A DNA stretch of 64,000 nucleotides. Origin: Candidatus Latescibacterota bacterium. Lineage in GTDB: Bacteria > Latescibacterota > UBA2968 > GCA-2709665. The position numbers and the translations under genes were made by a program. Positions 1 to 9,834 of this stretch are shown in pieces. The stretch covers positions 512,001-576,000 of the forward strand of contig CBDCOX010000002.1 in NCBI GenBank assembly GCA_965219995.1. Reading direction: 5' to 3'. The notes under the pieces were generated by a model, which saw only the letters and a program-made list of their open reading frames with translations, made no database searches and was not told the origin of the DNA. The number at the start of each line of letters is the position of its first letter. The stretch's first letter is position 1.

Positions 1-257
1 GTAAGCACCCGGCTGACGGCGTCCACCAGCGGGGGAAATTCCGCATAGTCGTGAAACGGCCTCATATCGATGCCGTAATTGGCAATGGGCTGGAGGCGCT
101 GAGCCTGCGGGCCCCGTTTTTCACGGGCGTAGACGTGCGCCTTCGCCGCGGCCCGACGCAGGTCGCGGATGAGCGGCGGCGGCAGGATCTGCCGGAAGAT
201 AACACAACCCCTAGAACGGTAGTCGCGGATCATCGATTCATGGAATCTGAAACCCAT
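1..257 (-). CDS. PhyH-like (phytanoyl-CoA dioxygenase family) protein, N-terminal part, runs off window
   Basis: Manual translation from ATG at 257: MGFRFHESMIRDYRSRGCVIFRQILPPPLIRDLR..., resembling the PhyH N-terminus; GGAGG RBS upstream; not in ORF track. Confidence 0.6.
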   Translation of the reverse strand, partial: MGFRFHESMIRDYRSRGCVIFRQILPPPLIRDLRRAAAKAHVYAREKRGPQAQRLQPIANYGIDMRPFHDYAEFPPLVDAVSRVL

Positions 258-268
258 TGCCGCCTCCT

Positions 269-829
269 TCACGACACCTTCCTGACACTGTCTCCCACCC
301 GAACGGTGCCCGGCTGGACCACGCTCGCATTGAGACCGCGAAGCCGGAGCCGCTTTCCCGTGAGTGAATTGACGAACTTCATCGCATCGACGCCAAAACG
401 GGAAACGAATTTGCGGCAGCCCGTATGGGGTTGCTCGGACACCCGGATGACGGCGCCGCCGATCGCCAGCCGGGTGCCTGACGGCAGGTTTTCTTCGCTC
501 AGATTCAGGTCTATATACAACTGGTCTCCGGCGAGTTGCCAGCGGTTGTCGTCTTGTGCAACCAGGGCGGCGCACCGGGCGTTCATAACGTTGAGTTGCA
601 TGTCGGGGTTCGCGGATCCGTCGGGGGTGCTGGAACTCCCGCGAGTCTTCCAGTTGTCGCCGACGAGGCCGGATGCAGGGTGAAGTTCGCCTTCGGCGAG
701 GACTTCCCGCTGGTCGGTTTCCGGCCGCCGCACGATCAACTTCAGCACGCCCGCGTCGTCCGGTGAATTCCGAACATGGCCCAGTCCCGCTTCGAGTTCT
801 TTCATTGTCAGGTGTCTTACGTCGTCCAT
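269..829 (-). CDS. MOSC domain protein
   Basis: GDQLYIDLNLS...PHTGCRKF...LRGLNASVVQPGTVRVGD, typical of MOSC with its conserved Cys. Confidence 0.85.
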   Translation of the reverse strand: MDDVRHLTMKELEAGLGHVRNSPDDAGVLKLIVRRPETDQREVLAEGELHPASGLVGDNWKTRGSSSTPDGSANPDMQLNVMNARCAALVAQDDNRWQLAGDQLYIDLNLSEENLPSGTRLAIGGAVIRVSEQPHTGCRKFVSRFGVDAMKFVNSLTGKRLRLRGLNASVVQPGTVRVGDSVRKVS

Positions 830-934
830 ATCCGCCCTCCCTCTTCAAGTTTGACAACAGTTGGAAAAATGCCGCCGCGGGTGGACTGCCCCCGGTCGGG
901 GCGTCACGCGGCATCGCTGTTCCCTGACGACCAT

Positions 935-1621
935 TCAGGTTGGGGATGCGGGCCAGTCGAACCCGTATCCGACCCCTCTTACCGTGGAAATCACGCCGTT
1001 GAAGCCGGTCAGCTTCGCCCGAAGTCGCGCGACGTGGACGTCGACGGTGCGCATACCGCCGTGATAATCGTACCCCCAGATGCGGTCTAGCAAGTCCGAA
1101 CGGGTGAAGACGCGGCCACGGTGGACGACAAGGTACTTCAATAATTCGTACTCTTTCAGCGTCAGGTCGACGAGCGCACCGCCGACCCGGACTTCATACC
1201 GGACGAGGTTGATGACCAGGTCGCCCAACCGGATCGCATCTCTTTGTTTCCCGCGCCCGAGGATCAGTCGCAGGCGGGTCTTCAGTTGTCCGGGCGAGTA
1301 GGGACGGGTGATGAAGTCGGTTATTCCCGCGGAGAAGTCGAGGTTCGTGACGCGTTCTTCGTCGGTGATCAGCAGCAATGGCGTTTTTCGGGCGCCCGGA
1401 GACCGGAGCAGGCGTTGAACACGATCAGGCAGTTCGCCAGCGAAAGTTCCGTCGTCGACGACAACGAGATCAGCGGGGTTGCCCGGCAGGCTGGGGGCGT
1501 CGGGCATGACAGCTGAATCCGGGTTCCAGGCCGGGCGAGAAACGGTATGACCGATCGATTCCAGGTCTGACTTGAGTTGTCTGCCCTGTGTCTCGCCGGC
1601 AAGCAGCAGGATGTAGGACAT
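935..1621 (-). CDS. OmpR/PhoB-family response regulator (GlnR-like, atypical receiver)
   Basis: C-terminal wHTH LTLKEYELLKYL...VFTRSDLLDRIWGYDY..RTVDVHVARLRAKL..TVRGVGY; probable start MSYILL at 1621. Confidence 0.9.
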   Translation of the reverse strand: MSYILLLAGETQGRQLKSDLESIGHTVSRPAWNPDSAVMPDAPSLPGNPADLVVVDDGTFAGELPDRVQRLLRSPGARKTPLLLITDEERVTNLDFSAGITDFITRPYSPGQLKTRLRLILGRGKQRDAIRLGDLVINLVRYEVRVGGALVDLTLKEYELLKYLVVHRGRVFTRSDLLDRIWGYDYHGGMRTVDVHVARLRAKLTGFNGVISTVRGVGYGFDWPASPT

Positions 1622-1913
1622 AGAATCGGCGCAGCGGTTTGGCTCGGTTGCGCGCTGGCGGGCACTCCGGACAAAAACCAGCGGCCCGGTCCGCTTCGCC
1701 CCGATGGATGTCGGAACTGCAGGCCGAGGACCCAAAACTACAGTCTGCGGCGCGGCTCTGTCAAGGCCTATCTAATCCTGGCAAGGCCCACTGAAACAGC
1801 GGACTTTCCGGACATGCGGCGGTGACGACCGGACTTTCTGCAGCCGTTGTTACGCAATATACACGACCAAGAGGGCCGAAACGGCTCGCGGCCCCGGCCC
1901 TCTTGCGGGTAAA

Positions 1914-2004
1914 AATATAACAAGAATCGCAATCGAAGTCAACAAAATTAAATCCTTTAAAAACATAATATTAAATTGACTTTTTCGATTCTATTTTGTA
2001 TTTT
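1914..2004. promoter_or_regulatory. Back-to-back divergent sigma70-like promoters
   Basis: Minus: TTGACT(1942-1937)-N17-TATATT(1919-1914). Plus: TTGACT(1976-1981)-N17-TATTTT(1999-2004). AT-rich spacer between them. Confidence 0.7.
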
Positions 2005-2093
2005 TCGGCCGCAGGGGAGTCGTTTCTTTTCCTGGTCTTCAACTCCGGTGGTTGCTGAAGAGTGCGTTCCGTGTCTGCGGGCAGAGGGTTTCA

Positions 2094-3092
2094 ATGGATC
2101 GGAAGCCGGCCATACGCGAGCGGAAGCAATGTTCTGTCTGCGGCGCTGAGATTCCGGAAGGCCGCAGGGAGGTCATGCCCGGCGCGTCGACGTGTGTGAA
2201 ATGCCAGGAGGAGCGGGAACTGGCGAACGGGACGGACGACGTCCGAGAGGAGACCTCCGGCACGTCGGCGCCCGCGGAACCGGGTTCGATAGAGGTCGAG
2301 GGGAACCTGGTTTTGTCGGGAAACTGGTCCGGGAATCTGATGGACCTGATCGGGCGTGAAAGGGAGCTCAGACAGTTATTGGCGTCCGGCGACGTCGAAC
2401 GGGTGCGAACGCTGATGCAGGCACTGCCCGTGGAAGAGCAGGCGGCGCTGGTGGCGATGAGCGATGCGCCGGAGGAGATGCTCTCGATGACCGGCGCCGA
2501 CCGTTCCGGCGTACCGGGGTACAGCCACAGGGTGGTGGAGCTTCTGCCCGCCGAGACCCTGGGCAATCTGGTTTCGGTAAACCCGGATGAATGGAAGTTC
2601 AACACGGAACTGATCCGGGCGATGTCACCGGGTGTTCTGCGGCGCACGATGGCGGAAACCCTGGACAGTGTGGACAATCCCGCCTTGCGCACCCGCGTGT
2701 CCTGGGAGTGGCTGAAGGCCCTTGCAACGCTCAAGGAGTTCGACCGACGGGCGGCGTTGCTGCGCGCCGTGGACCCGTCTCTTCTGGAGGATGCGCTGCT
2801 GGACCGCATGGATGATCTGAATCTGAATGAGATCGTCGGGCCGCCTGGTTTTCAGGTCTATCGTTTCCGGCTTTTTTCCGAGGAAGGGCTGGGCGGGACC
2901 CGCCCGAGCGCGTTTATCGACGATCCGGAAACCGGCATCGTTCTCGATGCGCTCTATGAAGCCGCGCCGGGCCTGCTTTCCCGTGTGATTCGGGGAGCGT
3001 GGGAACGGTCCGTAGACGAGAAGGAGGAAGACGCAAAACCGGCGCAGCAACCGGAGGAGAATCAAGCGGAGACCGGAGGAGCAGACCCGTGA
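2094..3092 (+). CDS. DksA/TraR-type C4 zinc finger fused to an uncharacterised helical domain
   Basis: CSVCGAEIPEGRREVMPGASTCVKCQ matches the CxxCGxxIPxxR...PxxxxCxxCQ pattern; ATG at 2094. Confidence 0.75.
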   Translation: MDRKPAIRERKQCSVCGAEIPEGRREVMPGASTCVKCQEERELANGTDDVREETSGTSAPAEPGSIEVEGNLVLSGNWSGNLMDLIGRERELRQLLASGDVERVRTLMQALPVEEQAALVAMSDAPEEMLSMTGADRSGVPGYSHRVVELLPAETLGNLVSVNPDEWKFNTELIRAMSPGVLRRTMAETLDSVDNPALRTRVSWEWLKALATLKEFDRRAALLRAVDPSLLEDALLDRMDDLNLNEIVGPPGFQVYRFRLFSEEGLGGTRPSAFIDDPETGIVLDALYEAAPGLLSRVIRGAWERSVDEKEEDAKPAQQPEENQAETGGADP

Positions 3093-3988
3093 ACCCGTTG
3101 GCGATTGTCGACCTCGAGGGGCTCAGGCTCGATTCGGAGGGCTTTTTAGGCCAGGCGTTTGCGCTGGGCATGAAATATGACAAGCTCCCCGAGCACGCTC
3201 CCGACGTTCTGCTGTCTTATCTGCGAACCGAAGGCGCCAGGTTTGGCCGACGGTACCGGACCGGGATCGCCGTTTCGCGTGATGTTCTGTTTCAGGGCGT
3301 GCGCCAGGCGCTGGTCAGCCTGGAACTGGGCCTGACGGTTTCGGCGGAGAACGATCTCAACCGGGCGGTGGACCTGCTTGCAAAGGCCGAATACGAGAAG
3401 ATACGCAAGCGGGGCTGGGAGGAAGCATACGCCCGGCTGGAGGAAATGGGGCGGGTCTGCCGCTCGATTTCGGGAAGACCGGAAGCGCATCTCCTGCAGG
3501 ATTACGGCTGGCAGATCGATCGCTGGTCCCGGGTCGTTCCCGAGACGTGGACGGTTTCGGGCGCGGAGGACGAAGAGGTCGCGGAAGTGGACCCGCTGCG
3601 GGATTACCCGCAGTTTCTGGCACTGCACGCCAGACTACGTTTTATTCGGCTTCTGCCATCCCGTGTCCTGCTGCCATTTGCCGAGGCGGCAGACGAGTGC
3701 GGATTCAGTGATTTCCTGCGGCACCTCGTTCTGGCGCTGGCGCTGGAACGTGATACCCTCGTCCCGGATGCATCTGCTGTTGCTGCCTTTGAATCCGAGT
3801 GTTTCGGTTCTGAAGGAATGGCGCCGTGGGCGCGGGACAAGGTGATGAGGAAGGCGAAGGATATGGCGCGCGAGGCGGCTGACGATTCAGGCTTGCGGAT
3901 GCTGCTGATTCAGGATCTGGAAGCTGAGATCTCCGGTCTCGAGGTCGCCGTTGCGCCGCTCGCGGACCTGTTCGTGACCGGCGCCTGA
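3089..3988 (+). CDS. Hypothetical protein, translationally coupled to upstream gene
   Basis: GTG at 3089 overlaps the upstream TGA; helical protein with LELGL..SAENDLNRAVDLL segment. Confidence 0.65.
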   Translation: MNPLAIVDLEGLRLDSEGFLGQAFALGMKYDKLPEHAPDVLLSYLRTEGARFGRRYRTGIAVSRDVLFQGVRQALVSLELGLTVSAENDLNRAVDLLAKAEYEKIRKRGWEEAYARLEEMGRVCRSISGRPEAHLLQDYGWQIDRWSRVVPETWTVSGAEDEEVAEVDPLRDYPQFLALHARLRFIRLLPSRVLLPFAEAADECGFSDFLRHLVLALALERDTLVPDASAVAAFESECFGSEGMAPWARDKVMRKAKDMAREAADDSGLRMLLIQDLEAEISGLEVAVAPLADLFVTGA

Positions 3989-4150
3989 ACCGGTTTACCG
4001 CTGGCCGGGATCCGATTCCGACGTCCCCAACCACTTCCCGGCGACCCGGTCAGCCCAACTCAGACGTTTCACCTGTAACCTTGCAGCGAGTGGATGTGGA
4101 ATTCTGCCGGTCGCGGATCGGTGGTATTGACATCGGGATCTGTCGTCCGC

Positions 4151-5650
4151 TCAGGATACGGATTTTCCGAAATGCCTGGCAAGGACCAGGAAATCAGGGA
4201 AATTGACGTGTCCGTCGCCATTCAGATCGAACGCAGGATCGAAGTCTGGCACGCCCTCCTGCCTTCCGAATTGCCGCGCAAACAGCAGGAAATCGTTGAA
4301 GTCCACCTGCCCGCTGCCGTCGAAATCGACGCTGACGATCTCTTCCCGCTCCCAGGTGCGCACCCTCCCCATAAACGCGAGAATGGCGTCGGAATCGACG
4401 AAGTCGCCGCATTCCAGGACCAGCACGTCCCGCCCGTCCTGCGATACGGCAATGGATCCCGTATCGGCGGGGTATTTCAGAGTGAGCAATTCACGATAGG
4501 CATCCGCGAAGTCGTCCGCGTCGTCCGCGGTATCCCAACTCGTGTAAATGAGAAGCAGCAGACTCCGTCCGTCCCGCGACTGGAATACGGCGTACCGGTC
4601 ACCGTTCCAACCCGCCGAAGCCGATACACCGCGGGCTTCCATTTCAAAAACGGTGAAGATGATCCGCCACGTCATTTCCCCGATCGTGTCCTCGTCAAGC
4701 AACGTCCAGTTGTCGAACAGACCGGCTTCCCGGAACGACGGCCACGTCAACCGGTCCGGCATTTCGCCGGTTACCCATTTTCCCGGATGCAGGATCTGCT
4801 CGGTGGACGCGGGAGGTTCCACGTAGAGTCGATTGACCTCGTTCCACCCGTAACTCTGAATATGGTGGACGAAATTCATGCCGTAACTGTAGACGAAAGC
4901 TTGCTGCAGCAGCATGAATTCAGGAAGTTGATCAATTGACTGCAGCGTCTGCGGAGAACTTCCCTGCAATCGCGCAAGCTGCTTCATTCCGTCTCGCATG
5001 GCCTCGACGTCGATTCTCAACTGTCTGCCGATCAGGCCCTGCAGGAGCCCGCGCCCCGGCATCCGCCCGTTCCGGTTATTCAGGGCCCAGATGGTCTCGA
5101 CGTAGGTGGCGTCGCCTTCGCCGACGGCCTGTCGCGCGAGCAGTTCGTCGGTATTCAGCGTATCGACCCCGGAAGGCAGGTACCGGTTGAGGTCGAAATG
5201 CTGGTCCTGCAGACCGTGGCAGAGTTCGTGGGCCAGGACGGCCTCCAGCAATTCGACGGGGAGGTTTTCCTTCAGGATATAGAACCGGTCCACGTCCGGA
5301 TCGTAGTAGGCCAGCGCGCCGGTTTGCAGGAACGTGAGTATCGACGAGCGATCGAGGATTGCATCTCCCCGGTAGAGCCCCAGTTTTCGTATGACCGGAT
5401 CGTAGTTCTCCCATTCTGCGGCGGTATATTGCCTGTCCAGCTGGCGCTCTCCAAACGCCCGAAACTCCGCCGGACTTTGAATCGCCACGTCAATCGACCA
5501 CTTGAACGCAAGCTCCCGGATCCGTGAGACCTCATCCGAAATCTCTCCGGCCCGTTGCCTGAGTTGCGCAAGGTTCTGCGCCCGGGCGGGGACTTCCAAC
5601 AGGACGACTGCAAGGATGGCGAACGGGGCCAGGTGTCGGACGAGCCTCAT
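4151..5650 (-). CDS. Secreted zinc metallopeptidase-like protein with C-terminal dockerin/EF-hand-like repeat
   Basis: Signal peptide; LAHELCHGLQDQHFDL (HExxH); C-terminal DFDGSGQVDFNDF and DLNGDGHVNFPDF. Confidence 0.75.
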   Translation of the reverse strand: MRLVRHLAPFAILAVVLLEVPARAQNLAQLRQRAGEISDEVSRIRELAFKWSIDVAIQSPAEFRAFGERQLDRQYTAAEWENYDPVIRKLGLYRGDAILDRSSILTFLQTGALAYYDPDVDRFYILKENLPVELLEAVLAHELCHGLQDQHFDLNRYLPSGVDTLNTDELLARQAVGEGDATYVETIWALNNRNGRMPGRGLLQGLIGRQLRIDVEAMRDGMKQLARLQGSSPQTLQSIDQLPEFMLLQQAFVYSYGMNFVHHIQSYGWNEVNRLYVEPPASTEQILHPGKWVTGEMPDRLTWPSFREAGLFDNWTLLDEDTIGEMTWRIIFTVFEMEARGVSASAGWNGDRYAVFQSRDGRSLLLLIYTSWDTADDADDFADAYRELLTLKYPADTGSIAVSQDGRDVLVLECGDFVDSDAILAFMGRVRTWEREEIVSVDFDGSGQVDFNDFLLFARQFGRQEGVPDFDPAFDLNGDGHVNFPDFLVLARHFGKSVS

Positions 5651-5663
5651 GCGGATCCGGCCC

Positions 5664-6074
5664 TCACGTTGGCGACTCTTTTTCAGCGGCGCGTCGGCGG
5701 GATTCCCGGCCTTTGTCGGGGGTGGGGTCTTTTACCAGGCCGTAGGATTCCCGGCCTTCGTGTCCTTCAGGAAGGTATTCGGTGACGGGCAGGCCTTCGG
5801 GGGTGACGAAAAGGAGGCAATGGCAGTACTTGTAGATCTTCATCTCGTCGCAGGCGCAGATCCATTCCCTGCTGCGTTCCAGTTCCGCTTTCTTGTCCGG
5901 GTAGAAGTTGCACGGGCACAGCGGACGACCGAGTTCGTCGACGTGTGCCGCCAGCCCGTTGACCACGGCCTCCGTGATGCCCCGGTCGGGATGACCGGTC
6001 GTGCCGGTTTTCTCGCAATATTTCTCGAAGTAGACCCACATCCGCTTCAGGCTCTTTTCCGATGGCTGGTCCAT
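5664..6074 (-). CDS. Ferredoxin-thioredoxin reductase catalytic subunit-like protein
   Basis: GRPLCPC...WICAC...YCHCLLF motifs. Confidence 0.85.
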   Translation of the reverse strand: MDQPSEKSLKRMWVYFEKYCEKTGTTGHPDRGITEAVVNGLAAHVDELGRPLCPCNFYPDKKAELERSREWICACDEMKIYKYCHCLLFVTPEGLPVTEYLPEGHEGRESYGLVKDPTPDKGRESRRRAAEKESPT

Positions 6075-6128
6075 TGGGGATCTCCAGGGTGTCGGGGGTC
6101 TGTCAGCGCCGATCGATCCGGCCGGAAC

Positions 6129-6944
6129 CTAGTGCAGACCGTTGAGGTAGTCCATTGATTTCCTGAGCTCGGATTTGGGGTCGCTCCCCCGCGGGATCCC
6201 GCATTCGAAGCCACAGTAATGACGATAGCCGATGTCTTCAAGAGCCCGGAGGGCAGGTCTGAAGTCGGTGTGCCCGTATCCCGGCAGGATTCGATTGCTG
6301 TCGGCCAGGTGCACGTTGGTGATCCGTTCGCCGCCGTTGCGAATGGCTTCCGCCATATCGGACTCTTCAATGCTCATATGAAAGAAGTCGGCCATGATGG
6401 TTACACCCGGACTGTTGACGGCGCTGCAGATCTCCAGCCCTTCCGCGAGCGTGCACGGCCACCACTGTTCGTACCGGTTGAGCGGTTCTATAATGACGCT
6501 GCACCCGCAGGATTCGGCGTGCGGGGCGACATCGCTCGCGAGAATGTCGGTGAGCAGGCCGAATTCCAGCTGTGCGGTGGTGGCATAGGGAGAGAGATCC
6601 GGAATTCGATGCCCATCCTGCAGCTTAATTGCGATCAGCGGCGGGAATATGACGCCGACGCCGCCAAGATCGCCACACAGTGTGAGCGCGTCCTTGAGGT
6701 CTTGCGTCGCCTGTCTTCGCTCCGCGAGCCTTGCATCCAGCAGCCCCATGGTTCCACGGATCGAAAAGATGTTCGGGGTTACCCCGGTTTCCGCCGACGC
6801 ACGCCGGATTTCGCCGGCGAACTCCACGGAACTGCTGCTTGTGATCTCGATGCCTTCGATGCCTGCGTCCGCGAGGTTCCGGAATTTCTCCTGGATGGAA
6901 TTTCCCGGCGCCATGTTTTCACGAATGGAGTATTTAAGCGGCAT
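6129..6944 (-). CDS. Sugar phosphate isomerase/epimerase (xylose isomerase-like TIM barrel)
   Basis: IEPLNRYE, ADFFHMSIEE, HLADSNR..PGYGHTDF, FEC; start MPLKYS at 6944. Confidence 0.85.
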   Translation of the reverse strand: MPLKYSIRENMAPGNSIQEKFRNLADAGIEGIEITSSSSVEFAGEIRRASAETGVTPNIFSIRGTMGLLDARLAERRQATQDLKDALTLCGDLGGVGVIFPPLIAIKLQDGHRIPDLSPYATTAQLEFGLLTDILASDVAPHAESCGCSVIIEPLNRYEQWWPCTLAEGLEICSAVNSPGVTIMADFFHMSIEESDMAEAIRNGGERITNVHLADSNRILPGYGHTDFRPALRALEDIGYRHYCGFECGIPRGSDPKSELRKSMDYLNGLH

Positions 6945-7131
6945 AAGGATTTCCCGGAGTGGCTGGCCATCGGCACGTGAGTCGACCTGAAAGGGCGGCG
7001 ACCGCCATGCCGTCATGGGTGTCGCGCAATATAGTTTCTGTACCGCGGCATGTCAAGGAAAGCGCCGTCCGTTTTCGCGGGTCCGTTCGAACGCCGCGGG
7101 CAACGAACGCCGCGGTGATCGCCTCTGCGCA

Positions 7132-9684
7132 TCAATCTGCGCTGGAAGGGGTCAGCCTGGCGCTCCGAATCCGGTCAATCCGGAACGTCCGCTCGCCTTT
7201 GCGGTGCCTGCAATAGCCGCAGAGTACGCCGTGATCTTCAAAGATCGGCTTGATCGAACGGGATGAGGTCCCGGCGACGCGTTCGTCGTGGTAGTCGATT
7301 TCCAGGCCGAGCCGATGGTCGATAGCGTATCCGATGAGATATTTCACGTCGGCCTCGGCGGTGGCCGGATTCGCGCCCGGGTATTGCATAAGGGTCTCGA
7401 ATCCGTCGTGCGGCTGCCCGCTTCTGAACAAGGACTCAAAGGTCTCGCAATAGTCGCTCCTGGCGTCGCGGCACTCGCTGTTCGGAATGCTTCTCAGGTT
7501 TCGGCGGAGACGTCTCATCAGATGTTCCAGGCCCGCGGGCAGCGGAACCGATTTGGCGGCGAAGGTCTTTGCCGCGGATTCGAGAAATCCCGCCAGCAGC
7601 AACAGGTCCGGACCCTCCAACACCATCCGGTGTTGTTCTTCGTTTGCCTCTTCGGCAGTAATATTCGGCATATAGCCGCACCCGTTCAGGGCATCCACGA
7701 GATGTTCGACGCGCGTAGTCGGATCGATCGCAGCCGTTGTGGGCGAGAGTCGAACGCCCAGAAGGGATGAGATTTTGCTCTGTACGAAGAGTTCGTCCAT
7801 CAGTTCGGGCCGTTCGCTGACGAGATAGCCGGATGCCGGCGCGATTTCAATTTCACCGTGTCTGCTTTCGCACTCCTTGATCAGGGCGTCAACCACTTCC
7901 GGCAATCCGGTGGCGCTGTGGTCCCGAAGAAACGCTCTGAGCGTGACGCCGTCCCAGCCCCTGCTCATGGCCGTGTGAACGGATTGGGGCGACATCCGGA
8001 ATCTCGCCAGGACGTCGACTTCCTTGAGTTCCGCTATGGAAAAGAGCCGGATGTAAAGAGCGGATGGCAGATCCGGCGGAGAGAGGATTTCAAGGTTTGG
8101 TTGCAGTACGAAATTGCCGTCGGGACGGCCCGCATTTTCTGCCGGCGCGCACTCAGATTTACGTCCGTGGAGAAGCGCGGCGCCCGGGCCGGTCAGTTTG
8201 AAGACCCCCGGATGCCCCGGTTCGAGGACCTCGCCGAACGATTCAGGATTTCCCAGGCTGATCAGCCCCATCCATGTCAGCGCCGATACCAGGATGCGCC
8301 GAAGCAGTTCGTCCGCGCCGCCGCCGATCAGGTTCCGCCCGGACGGGGGACGTCCATCGAGATGGGCGAATGTCCGGGATCGGCGCGCCAGCAGAACGTA
8401 AAAATCCGGGTACGAAATCCAGCTGTTTTCGGGACAGCCGGCAAGGCAGTCGAGAAGGTCCCGGCGAAGGGCTTTCAGCGTGTCAATCCTGTTGCGGACC
8501 CGTGCGCCCGATCGTTCGGTGGTCCACTCGTTCCAGCGATCGGACTCGCGCCAGAGCCTGAGTACGGCGTTTCGGACGTCATGCGCGCGGGAAAGCCGGT
8601 CGGCGGCGTCTTCCGCGAGCCGCCACGTGCCTGCGTCGCAACGGATGAGTCCGGCATCTTCCGCAAACAGGAGCAGGAACTCGGAGTACCCGGGCTCCGC
8701 GTGTCCCCGGTAGTACTTGCTGACGTCCCGGAGTCGGGCCCTGGATACGCCGCCGTGTTTGAGTGCGCGCGGCCTGCGCTGCTCGATGAATCCGAGAAAG
8801 GTGCAGAGATCGGGTACCAGGCAGGACGCCTGCTCCCGGGTTCGGGAGGGGTTCGGTCCGTCGCTCGTGACGACCGCGTCGACCGTGTCCTCGATCCGGT
8901 CTTCGAGGGCCTGAATTTCAGGCTTCAGGTCTGAGGCAAGTCGGAGGGGTGTATCGGTCATGAGCCGGTCCGTGTTGTGGAAAAACAGCGGCGTCTTCCA
9001 GATCATCTCGTCCAGTGCACGAAGCCCGCCCTCTCCCATGGTACTCAGGATTTCATCCTGCGTGATCGCATCCCTGGCCAGTACATGATCGAGGATGGCT
9101 CTCTTGGCTTCCGGCAGATCGATGACGTAGGCGTGCAGATGATCCGGATCCAATAACCGCTTGCGAACTGCGCGCGCTACAAAAACGCGGCGGGAGTCTT
9201 CGAACCGGCAGCCCAGCTCGCTCGCAAAGGCGCGAAGCAGACCGATGGATCGTGATTGCATCACGCGGCGGAGCCGACCCTGATTCCCGGCTCCAATCGG
9301 GATTGCCTTGAGGACCGACTCCGGAATGCCGACCAGGCAGTGGTCCGTCCCGAGTGTTTCGACGTCTTCGAAGGCCAGACCGAGTTCGGAAACCGCGTCT
9401 TGCATGGCCTGGAAACGGTGGGTGAACCCCGCGCCCAACTCGTCGATGGCATCTTCCTTGAGCAGTTCGCCACCCTCTGCGGCGAGATTGACAACGTACT
9501 CCCTGTGCCCGGGCTGGAGCGCATCGAGTCGTTCGCGGACATGCGTCGGGTTGGAAAGATGGCGGCACAGCTGGTCTATCACCACCGACTTGTTGGCGCC
9601 GTGGTAAATCGGCAGGTCGGTCGATGCAGCGATGCGGTGGAGCCTGTCAGTGGGCTGGTGGCTGAGAACGGCTCGCAATTTCAT
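7132..9684 (-). CDS. Helicase-associated (XPB/Ssl2 N-terminal-like, Helicase_C_3) domain protein with C-terminal WYL domain
   Basis: VLQPNLEIL...FRMSPQSVHTAMSRG...FLRDHSATGLP (Helicase_C_3-like); C-terminal IDY...RSIKP...GYCRHRKGERTFRIDRI (WYL). Confidence 0.8.
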   Translation of the reverse strand: MKLRAVLSHQPTDRLHRIAASTDLPIYHGANKSVVIDQLCRHLSNPTHVRERLDALQPGHREYVVNLAAEGGELLKEDAIDELGAGFTHRFQAMQDAVSELGLAFEDVETLGTDHCLVGIPESVLKAIPIGAGNQGRLRRVMQSRSIGLLRAFASELGCRFEDSRRVFVARAVRKRLLDPDHLHAYVIDLPEAKRAILDHVLARDAITQDEILSTMGEGGLRALDEMIWKTPLFFHNTDRLMTDTPLRLASDLKPEIQALEDRIEDTVDAVVTSDGPNPSRTREQASCLVPDLCTFLGFIEQRRPRALKHGGVSRARLRDVSKYYRGHAEPGYSEFLLLFAEDAGLIRCDAGTWRLAEDAADRLSRAHDVRNAVLRLWRESDRWNEWTTERSGARVRNRIDTLKALRRDLLDCLAGCPENSWISYPDFYVLLARRSRTFAHLDGRPPSGRNLIGGGADELLRRILVSALTWMGLISLGNPESFGEVLEPGHPGVFKLTGPGAALLHGRKSECAPAENAGRPDGNFVLQPNLEILSPPDLPSALYIRLFSIAELKEVDVLARFRMSPQSVHTAMSRGWDGVTLRAFLRDHSATGLPEVVDALIKECESRHGEIEIAPASGYLVSERPELMDELFVQSKISSLLGVRLSPTTAAIDPTTRVEHLVDALNGCGYMPNITAEEANEEQHRMVLEGPDLLLLAGFLESAAKTFAAKSVPLPAGLEHLMRRLRRNLRSIPNSECRDARSDYCETFESLFRSGQPHDGFETLMQYPGANPATAEADVKYLIGYAIDHRLGLEIDYHDERVAGTSSRSIKPIFEDHGVLCGYCRHRKGERTFRIDRIRSARLTPSSAD

Positions 9685-9736
9685 AAGGCACCGTAGGACG
9701 TTTCGTTGTCGAATCCGGAATTGTGCGCAACAAATG

Positions 9737-9762
9737 AAAAAAACCGACTTTCACACGCCGGT
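9737..9762 (-). terminator. Intrinsic terminator-like hairpin upstream of the WYL gene
   Basis: Minus strand ACCGGC-gtgtgaaa-GTCGGT followed by a T run. Confidence 0.5.
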
Positions 9763-9834
9763 CGTTCATCCCGACGTCCTGTAACGGACAGCGATGGCCC
9801 GACGGGCGACCATCTTTCCCCTACAGGACGCTAA

